A DNA stretch of 64,000 nucleotides from Lewinellaceae bacterium. GTDB taxonomy: Bacteria > Bacteroidota > Bacteroidia > Chitinophagales > Saprospiraceae. Shown piece by piece: positions 57,614 through 64,000 of this stretch. The stretch is from positions 204,641 to 268,640 of the forward strand of contig JACJXW010000009.1 of assembly GCA_020636405.1 (NCBI GenBank), written 5' to 3'. The translations under genes were made by a program, and so were the position numbers. The notes beneath the pieces are model-generated. The model made no database searches. It was not told the origin of the DNA and saw only the letters and a program-made list of their open reading frames with translations. How positions within the stretch are numbered: the first letter of the stretch is position 1; each line of letters opens with the position of its first letter.

Positions 57614-57765
57614 GTTTCTTTTTTTTTGAGGGCAATGTGAGGGCTGTGGTTTTCAGGTATTGCGGTTTTATGGTCTTTCGGTATTCGCAACCGCGGCAGG
57701 CTGCTTCAGCTCACCTGCTTCCAACAGTGTCCAACGTTAGAACGGCAGCTTCGTCTAAAAAGACG

Positions 57766-57810
57766 TTGATTTTCAGGGATTTGCGAATGGCGAACAGCGA
57801 ATTCCGAACA
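57766..57810. repeat. REP-like ~45-nt motif, second copy (see 1002-1046)
   Basis: TTGATTTTCAGGGATTTGCGAATGGCGAACAGCGAATTCCGAACA. Confidence 0.7.
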
Positions 57811-57854
57811 CGCCCCGTTGCGGCCCCGGTAGCGTGCTCATCCCTCTGTCCCCC

Positions 57855-58139
57855 TCACTCATACTCCTCCCTATCCGGCAGGAAGTCCGAAATATTCAGT
57901 TCTTCCTCCACTTCGCCCATTTCTTCCAGGTACTTAAACGTCTTTTTGGCCTCTTCCTCGTCCACCACGCTGATGGCTACGCCGACGTGGACCAGCACGT
58001 AATCGTTCACCTGGGCGTGGGGCACCATTTCCAGGCTGGCCTGCTTGATGATGCCGCCAAACGACACCTTGGCCATGCGCACCAGCCCGCCGAATTGTTC
58101 TTCAATGGATTGGATCTTACCGGGGATCGCTAAACACAT
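57855..58139 (-). CDS. hypC: [NiFe]-hydrogenase assembly chaperone HypC
   Basis: Begins MCLAIPGKI (essential Cys2). 94 aa. Confidence 0.9.
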   Translation of the reverse strand: MCLAIPGKIQSIEEQFGGLVRMAKVSFGGIIKQASLEMVPHAQVNDYVLVHVGVAISVVDEEEAKKTFKYLEEMGEVEEELNISDFLPDREEYE

Positions 58140-58866
58140 GGCTTTCGTTTTTTTTGTGTGTTGTGGAGGATTGTTTTTCTTTTACCTTTTCCAGCAGCCA
58201 GTTACACCACTCGTCAATCCCGATATCCTGGGTACTGGAGACCTGCAGGACGCCGATGTTGGGGTTGATGTCCCGGGCATCGGCAACGACGGCATCCACC
58301 GAAAAGGGCAGATAGGGCAGCAGGTCTGTTTTGGAGACGAGCATCAGTTCGCTGGTCAGGAACATGCGGGGATATTTCTTGGGCTTGTCATCGCCTTCGG
58401 TAGTCGCGATGAGGGTCACGCGGTAGTCTTCGCCCAGGTCGAAGGAAGCGGGGCAGACCAGGTTGCCGACGTTTTCGACAATGAGCAGCTCTACGCCATT
58501 AAGATCGAGGTTGTCCATGGCCTGCCATACCATCTGTGCTTCCAGGTGGCAGATGCCGCCGGTCACGATCTGCAGCGCGTCAACACCGACGGCACGCAGG
58601 CGGTCGGCATCGCGCTCGGTCTCCAGGTCTCCGACCAGTATTTTCATGTTGACCTTATGGCCGATCCTCTTTGCGGTTTCCTGAAGGAGGGTGGTTTTTC
58701 CGCTGCCGGCGGAAGAGGTGATATTGAGCAGCAGGATGCCCTGCTCGGCCATTTTCCGGCGGATGCTTTCCGCGACAAAATCATTGGCCTTCAACAGGTG
58801 CATAGTGGTATTGTCACAGGTGACGGTGCCCCTCGCCGCCTTGGTTGACTTTTGCGCTTTTTCCAT
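58117..58866 (-). CDS. hypB: Hydrogenase nickel-incorporation GTPase HypB
   Basis: SSAGSGKTTLL P-loop, ENVGNLVCPA and SKTD GTPase motifs. Confidence 0.9.
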   Translation of the reverse strand: MEKAQKSTKAARGTVTCDNTTMHLLKANDFVAESIRRKMAEQGILLLNITSSAGSGKTTLLQETAKRIGHKVNMKILVGDLETERDADRLRAVGVDALQIVTGGICHLEAQMVWQAMDNLDLNGVELLIVENVGNLVCPASFDLGEDYRVTLIATTEGDDKPKKYPRMFLTSELMLVSKTDLLPYLPFSVDAVVADARDINPNIGVLQVSSTQDIGIDEWCNWLLEKVKEKQSSTTHKKNESHVFSDPR

Positions 58867-59001
58867 GTATAAACGGGTTTAGCGGAAAGGTAACGAGTTG
58901 GGTTGAGTTAGAAAAGGAATTCTAAGGTTTAGAAAATATTTTCTAAGACATGGAGCGACAGGATGGCCGCAGAAGCCCCGGCACTGAACCATCGATGGCT
59001 T

Positions 59002-59346
59002 CTACCCGAAATGGACCCTGTGGATGAGCAGTTCCGTTCCCTTTACTACGTTATTATTGGGCTGGCCGCAGGCAGCGCAGGCAAATTTATAATCCTCGAT
59101 GGTGGAACGGGCGTCGCAGGCGGAACAGTAGATCTCGATGGGGACCACCTCGATGTTCAACCTTACTTGCTGGTATTTATCCTCGGCCGTAGTCACCGCC
59201 TCGAAGGCGTTCTGCATGAGGATGGGCTCCACATTGGAGAGCTTGCCCACCCTGAGGTCAATAGCGGACAGGTTGCCCAGTTCCGCCTTGGAAAACTCGG
59301 ACTCCAGGGTGTTGAAGATGTTTCTGACCAGGGAGATCTCGTGCAT
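59002..59346 (-). CDS. hypA: Hydrogenase nickel-insertion protein HypA
   Basis: Begins MHEISL. Zinc-site C-x2-C...C-x2-C (CSACDA...CAACG). Start set to ATG 59346, because the upstream extension is encoded by oligo repeats. Confidence 0.85.
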   Translation of the reverse strand: MHEISLVRNIFNTLESEFSKAELGNLSAIDLRVGKLSNVEPILMQNAFEAVTTAEDKYQQVRLNIEVVPIEIYCSACDARSTIEDYKFACAACGQPNNNVVKGTELLIHRVHFG

Positions 59347-59359
59347 GGAAAAGGAAGTG

Positions 59360-59475
59360 GTTTTTGATTTTTGATTTTTGATTTGCGGTGTGTGATGTAC
59401 GCCCGTTACACATCGCACATCAAAAATCGCACATCGCACATCAAAAATCAAACATCGCACATCAAAAATCAAACA
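59360..59475. repeat. Oligonucleotide repeat tract (CATCGCACATCAAAAATC units and their complement)
   Basis: Direct reading. Same family in opposite orientation at 28791-28828. Confidence 0.85.
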
Positions 59476-59478
59476 GCC

Positions 59479-60990
59479 CTAAGCATACGCCTCTTTCAAC
59501 CGCGCCAGTTTATCCAGGTGCCCCTGCGCCTCTGCCTGTAGTTTGGCATCCTGGTTCAGGGACAGCACCTCTTCAGCCTTGCGGGCCATATCCAGGTAGC
59601 GTTCTTCCTGGAAGGTATCTTCGGGCATGCTGAGGTTCCACTGGGCTTCCAGGTAGTTCAGCAAGGTCAGGCTGCGCTCCATGGGGTAGGCCTCGGGCGT
59701 ACGGATGGCCAGGGCTTCCTGGTAGTAGAACAGCGCTTTTTCGTAATTGTCCGAAAGTTTGGCCTCCGGGTATTTGGTCAGGGCATTGCCGTAGTGGTTG
59801 CAGACGGCGGCGTACTCGTAGGGGTAGGCCGCTTTGGTATAGATCTGCAGGGCCTCCTGGAATGCTGAGGAGGAGACGGCTGCCCAGATGCTTTTTTTCT
59901 TCACCTCATCCGGAATTTCGGCGTAGATGATGCCCAGGTGATGCTGGATCTCGGCATATACTTCCGGGGCGGCCTCGCGGGAGAACACCTGTACCGCCTT
60001 CTGGTAGCTTTCGGCGGCGCCGCGGTAGAACTGCGGGTTGCCTTTCTGCGCCCAGGTGAACAGCAGTACGCCCCGGCGGTAGTGTACGTTGGCGGCCAGC
60101 TCCGGCAGGTTTTCCCGGTCGAAAATGGCAAGCGCGCGGTTGAAATAGCCCAGGCTTTCCGCCCAGCTCTCGGAATAGTTGGCGATGATGCCGGCGTCGG
60201 TCAGCACCAGGGCCTGTTCCAGGGGGCGCTCCTGCTTTTCGTAGGTCTGCAGGACTTCCCACAGGTTCTTTTTGAGCTGCTCCAGCAGGGCCTCGTCGTA
60301 GGGGACGGCCAGGCGCTGCATCCAGCACTGGCAAAGGGTATGACGGAGTTCCGTCTTCGCCTCCCCGGATACGTCCTGGCTGAGAGCCGCCTTCAGGAGG
60401 CGCTCCGCTTTTTCGGTTTCCCCCAGGTCGATGAGCAACAGCGCGTACTGGCGGGCCGTGAAGGCGAAGTACGCTTCATTGGGTGCGCACTGCAAAGCTT
60501 CGACGTAGAAGTATTCGGTTTTCTCCACGTCGAACGCCTGTTCTGCAGCGGTGTAATGGTGCACGATGGCCTGATTGTGCATCAGGCGGTACTCGTCGAA
60601 AGGCGAATACTGGGAAACCAGTTCCTCCGGGCTGACCGGGATGCCATGCTTCAGGCGGTTGATGAAGTCGAGCTCCAGATGCAGGCTGGGGTATTGCCGG
60701 GCCAGGTATTCCTCCACTTTTTCATAATTGTTGAGCTGGGCAAAGAGAAGCCCCAGCAGGTGGGCCTCGTTCAGCTCCAGGCTCTCCGGCAGCAGAAAGG
60801 GCGGCTGTACGTTGTGCCAGTCGATCAGCGGCCAGATCTCGTCCTTCTTCACCACCAGGTTGTGGGCGCTGGGAACGGGGCGCTCTTCCAGGTAATCGAC
60901 GACCCGCACCAGCTCGCCGAGGCGGGGCTCTTTTTCGATGATCGCCTGCAGTTGCGCGTGGTGCTTAGTTGGCGCATATATTGAAAGCAT
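59479..60990 (-). CDS. TPR-like helical-repeat protein of unknown function (503 aa) inside the hydrogenase cluster
   Basis: Long intact ORF with repeated A..Y...A...-type helical pairs (YYQEALAIR, SYQKAVQVF, YFNRALAIF). Confidence 0.55.
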   Translation of the reverse strand: MLSIYAPTKHHAQLQAIIEKEPRLGELVRVVDYLEERPVPSAHNLVVKKDEIWPLIDWHNVQPPFLLPESLELNEAHLLGLLFAQLNNYEKVEEYLARQYPSLHLELDFINRLKHGIPVSPEELVSQYSPFDEYRLMHNQAIVHHYTAAEQAFDVEKTEYFYVEALQCAPNEAYFAFTARQYALLLIDLGETEKAERLLKAALSQDVSGEAKTELRHTLCQCWMQRLAVPYDEALLEQLKKNLWEVLQTYEKQERPLEQALVLTDAGIIANYSESWAESLGYFNRALAIFDRENLPELAANVHYRRGVLLFTWAQKGNPQFYRGAAESYQKAVQVFSREAAPEVYAEIQHHLGIIYAEIPDEVKKKSIWAAVSSSAFQEALQIYTKAAYPYEYAAVCNHYGNALTKYPEAKLSDNYEKALFYYQEALAIRTPEAYPMERSLTLLNYLEAQWNLSMPEDTFQEERYLDMARKAEEVLSLNQDAKLQAEAQGHLDKLARLKEAYA

Positions 60991-61291
60991 CGCGGTTGGT
61001 TTTTAAAGTGCCACGGGCGTCCTTTCGAATGCCGCGTTGTAATATTTTAGCAAAAGTCAGGGCTTTTTGCTCCGACGAATAGGTATCGATCTTGCGGCAT
61101 ATCAGTTTCAGGGGTTGTCTACGGCGATGTACACCATCGTAAGGTGCCAGCGGCTGCGCTTTTCCTGGATGAAATACCGCACCTCCGTATTCATCAGCCA
61201 GCGGTACCTCTGTTAGCAGCAGTTGCAGGTCCGCCGGTACCGCCGGCCTTCTTCCGGGGCAGCGGGAAAGGGATGTCCGGTGAGATGTACA

Positions 61292-61660
61292 TTACAACTT
61301 CACATTTAAGATGCCCATTCCAGGCTGAAGCTCGTATTCCAGCCCCCGGTCCGTATCATTCACCTGATGGTCGATCAGTATTTCGTGCAAAGCGATGGAC
61401 TTGTCGCCTCTCAGGTTGCGGCTTTTCAGCATCTGCTGGCCGGCCTTGTGCAGGTTCTTGAACAGTTCATCGCTGACTGGAGCGATCATTAGCGTGCGGC
61501 GCTCGGGGTAATACACCACGTAAGCGTTCTGCTCTGCCCCGAACACCTCCGAGGCCACCTCGTGGCCGATCACCAGATGGGAAGATTGTAAGCGGACCTC
61601 GCTTGCCGTTAGTCGGTCCTCTTCGAAATTCTTTTTCAGGTTGTGGGGTGGAATGAACAT
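61292..61660 (-). CDS. Hypothetical protein (122 aa)
   Basis: ORF only. Same strand as, and just after, the maturation protease gene. Confidence 0.45.
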   Translation of the reverse strand: MFIPPHNLKKNFEEDRLTASEVRLQSSHLVIGHEVASEVFGAEQNAYVVYYPERRTLMIAPVSDELFKNLHKAGQQMLKSRNLRGDKSIALHEILIDHQVNDTDRGLEYELQPGMGILNVKL

Positions 61661-61711
61661 ATCCTTTTCGATTTTCTTGTTAATCTCCTGCCGCTAGGTA
61701 AGTTACTTACA

Positions 61712-62215
61712 CTACGACACTGATCCCCCCATCTCCTCCAGCACCAGCTTCACCACCTTATCCCCTCCCTGTTTGGCCGGCTCTGTCATCCCGACATTAA
61801 AGCGGGTATCGTCTATTGCGATCAGGTAGACCTCAATGTCTTCCGGGTAGTCGTCGCCCAGCATTTTTCGGGCGTAGGACAGCGCCTGGTGCCATTTCAG
61901 GCTGTGCAGGAACACCATTGGATCCTCTTCGATCTGCCCTTCCACTTCCGAGGCGGGCAGCCGGTAGACGGTGCCCACCGCTTCGCCGGTATGGAGCACG
62001 GCGTCGACGAGGATGATCCGTTCCTGTCCGCGGAGCTTGAAGAGCACTTCAAAGGCCGAGGTCCCCATATCGAAGAGGCTGATGTGCTCCTCCTCTTCCA
62101 GGTGTGCCTTTAGTTGTTCGATGACGTAGATGCCCACTCCGTCGTCCGCACGGACGGGGTTACCGAAGCCGAGGATGGCGGTTTTTTTGGTTAATGTTGA
62201 GTTCATTTTGTTCAC
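61712..62215 (-). CDS. [NiFe]-hydrogenase maturation endopeptidase (HyaD/HybD/HupD family)
   Basis: AILGFGNPVRADDGVGIYV plus LVDAV and H motifs typical of the family. Confidence 0.85.
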   Translation of the reverse strand: MNKMNSTLTKKTAILGFGNPVRADDGVGIYVIEQLKAHLEEEEHISLFDMGTSAFEVLFKLRGQERIILVDAVLHTGEAVGTVYRLPASEVEGQIEEDPMVFLHSLKWHQALSYARKMLGDDYPEDIEVYLIAIDDTRFNVGMTEPAKQGGDKVVKLVLEEMGGSVS

Positions 62216-62250
62216 CTGCTTACGCTACATGTGAAATTACTGGTATGGCT

Positions 62251-62470
62251 AGTAATTATTCAGCTATTCGCCGTTCGCTATTCGCCGTTCGCTATTCGCC
62301 GTTCGCTATTCGCCGTTCGCTATTCGCCGTTCGCTATTCGCCGTTCGCTAAACTCTGCCTCAAAACCCGGATTTAGAGCAAAGAACTGGTTCCTTGAGCT
62401 TGGGTTCCTGCAATTAGGGGCATAGTGCTGCGAATAGCGAACCGCTAAAAGCGAAATGCTGATAATTACT
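62251..62470. mobile_element. MITE-like palindromic element, copy 2, with the 14-bp unit expanded to six copies
   Basis: TIRs AGTAATTATTCAGC / GCTGATAATTACT. TATTCGCCGTTCGC x6 (62265-62348). The remainder is almost identical to 4215-4375. Flanking (T)ATGGCT direct repeat. Confidence 0.8.
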
Positions 62471-62539
62471 ATGGCTATACAAAAAGCGGAGCCCCCCGGA
62501 ATCTCCGTGGGCTCCATTTGTGTTCAACGTACCTTGATA

Positions 62540-64000
62540 TTACAATTTGAATTTCGCCAGTTCTTTACCGGTTTTGCCGTCATGGGCGTGTACGGTGCAG
62601 ACCAGGCAGGAGTCGAAGGAGCGGGCGACCATGCCTACCTCCACAGGGTCGTGTGGGTCTTCGATCTCGGTGCCTTCCAGGTGCCGACTCGATCGGGTAG
62701 GGCTTACCCTCTGCGTCGTTCGTACCGACATTCCAGGTGGTCGGAGCGATGATCTGGTAGTTTTCGATAACGCCGTCCTTGACCTTTATCCAGTGTGCCA
62801 GTGCCCCGCGGGCGGCTTCGGTAGCGCCCCATCCTATACCATCCTGCTCGGTCGGCTTGATGTAGAACTCATCGTCCAGAGACACCTGGCGCAGCCATTC
62901 GTCGATCAGGGTGTAGAGTCGCGGCGCTTCGTGCATGCGCGCCAGCACCCGGGTGAAGACGGAGGTACCCCATTTTGTCCATGATATCGGCAAATAAGGG
63001 GTCGCGGATCTGGTGGGCCTATGGTTGGCAGGGTTGGTACCGCCATGATCACGCGGGTACCAGCGGCTGGTTTCGGCGGCGTACCATAAAGCGGGGCGCT
63101 TTACCAGCTGTACTTCCCGCCAAAATCGGAATCTTCCAGGTTTCTGGAATCGGTAGCGGCGGTGGGTATCGGTTCATCGAAGGGGTGGAGGGCGTCATCC
63201 TGGTTGAGATACCAGGCATGTTTGACGTGTTCACCACCTGCTTCTGGTCACCTCGTAGTATTGCTTGCCGTCCCAGAAACCTGCGGGGCTGATGACCGCC
63301 GCATTGCGGGTTTCGATGGTAGGCTTGTTGTACATGTCTTTGTGCAGATAGGTGCCCCAAGCGAGGAATTTGCCTACGCCCTGCCCGAACTTATCGATAC
63401 CGAATTCCAGGTACCGGCACGCAGGAACAAAGTACCAGGTCGCTGTTGCGGTGCGATTCGTTTTCTTCCAGCCAGTATCATGTCGTCCCAGCTTTTGATC
63501 TGCATGTAACGTTCGATGGAGCAACCCAGCCAGACGGTTTCCAGCCAGTCGTTGCGGAACTGGTTCATGATGGAATGGGCGCGGGTGATGTCCTTCAGCG
63601 TGGGCGCGCACATGACGCCTCCCGGGACCATATAGCTGGAGTGGGGTACTGGTAGCCGAAGATGGCGTATACTTCCACCGGGCGGTACTGGCGGTCACTC
63701 CTTGCTGGAAGGAAGTGCCCACATAAGCGGCAAAACGGCGGACCACCTCCTGATACAGCGGCTTGTTGGCAAATTTCTTATTAGTATATCCGTCGCAAAA
63801 ATGGCGTAAAACCAGCGAGGGATACTCTGGATCGTTTCCGAGGCTACCGCCCGATACTCGCAACAGCAGGGCGTTGGGCGGCAGGGTGGTCTTCCAGTAC
63901 CACGTCGAGCGCAGAAGAAGCACAGTAGAGGTGCGAGCCGCCGCAAATGCCGCAGGCCGGGGCGTTACGATCAGGTACCGCCTGCGGGTCCTTGCCGGCA
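62540..64000 (-). pseudogene. [NiFe]-hydrogenase large subunit, reading frame broken many times; 5' end beyond the window
   Basis: Family motifs are present but spread over all three minus frames. These are RNAPACGICGGSH (63931-63969), LPPNALLLR, EHVKHAWY...KYSW, KAPRF, EAARGALAHW...APTTWN and the C-terminal DSCLVCTVH (62588-62614). Confidence 0.75.

Noticed and set aside
54820-57640. Long + strand ORFs (54820-55950, 55851-56396, 56543-57640) opposite the NHL, globin and hypD genes. The same pattern occurs at 1797-2831, 5169-6422, 22158-23351, 23959-25416, 26027-27007, 27828-28598, 35382-36659, 37532-38542 and 59938-60984.
   Set aside because: In each case the opposite strand encodes a protein with unambiguous family motifs. 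These ORFs have the Gly/Val/Asp/His-rich look of antisense frames in GC-rich DNA.
59347-59472. N-terminal extension of hypA (MIFDVRCLIFDVRC...). Similar extensions occur on the TetR gene (20240-20338), oxyR (18093-18206), the sulfatase, fbaB, Uma2 and the WYL regulator.
   Set aside because: The extensions are encoded by oligonucleotide repeats or promoter DNA. Canonical family N-termini (MHEISL, MTLQQLEY, and so on) start at internal ATGs.
60991-61291. About 100-codon stop-free minus-strand frame between the 122-aa ORF and the TPR gene
   Set aside because: It has no ATG, GTG or TTG start anywhere in the frame and no recognisable motif. It is recorded only as a possible remnant.
1-64000. tRNA, rRNA, tmRNA or riboswitch genes
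   Set aside because: I saw no cloverleaf-like T-arm (GGTTCGAATCC-type) or rRNA-like segments while reading the intergenic regions. This visual scan is not exhaustive and should be repeated with tRNAscan-SE or Infernal.

Overview
GC-rich chromosomal segment, probably from a Bacteroidota genome. That inference rests on two kinds of T9SS C-terminal sorting domains, TAnnTTTG-like promoter boxes and SusC-like/LytTR content. I cannot place it more precisely from sequence alone.

Content by region:
- 0-38.6 kb: housekeeping and envelope genes. These include rhodanese, manA, HtrA, an acyl-CoA oxidase-like enzyme, a glucosaminidase, an S24 repressor, a 2300-aa T9SS adhesin, Uma2, oxyR, two TetR genes, a CE7 esterase, a sulfatase, class I FBA, a PPi-type PFK, an FG-GAP/PKD T9SS protein, a CPBP protease, a TonB-dependent receptor and a LytS/LytTR pair.
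- 38.7-50.4 kb: a complete class 1 type I CRISPR-Cas locus on the minus strand. It has 32 identical 29-nt repeats. The gene order is non-canonical: WYL regulator, cas6, cas5, cas3, cas8, cas7, cas4, cas1, cas2, leader, array. An HTH-nucleotidyltransferase fusion sits at the trailer end.
- 50.5-53.6 kb: a small accessory patch. It holds a decayed-looking IS200-like/RAYT Y1 transposase carrying an in-frame 90-bp nested palindrome, an XRE HTH gene, a barnase-barstar pair, and a 630-bp GC-rich unit in perfect tandem duplication.
- 53.7-64 kb: a [NiFe]-hydrogenase maturation cluster (hypA, hypB, hypC, hypD, endopeptidase, Ni-transporter-like protein, NHL protein, truncated globin, TPR protein). The hydrogenase large-subunit gene at its head is broken by many frameshifts.

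Intergenic DNA throughout the window is seeded with several families of MITE/REP-like palindromic repeats and oligonucleotide tandem repeats. These generate many spurious ORFs. I found no tRNA or rRNA genes by eye.
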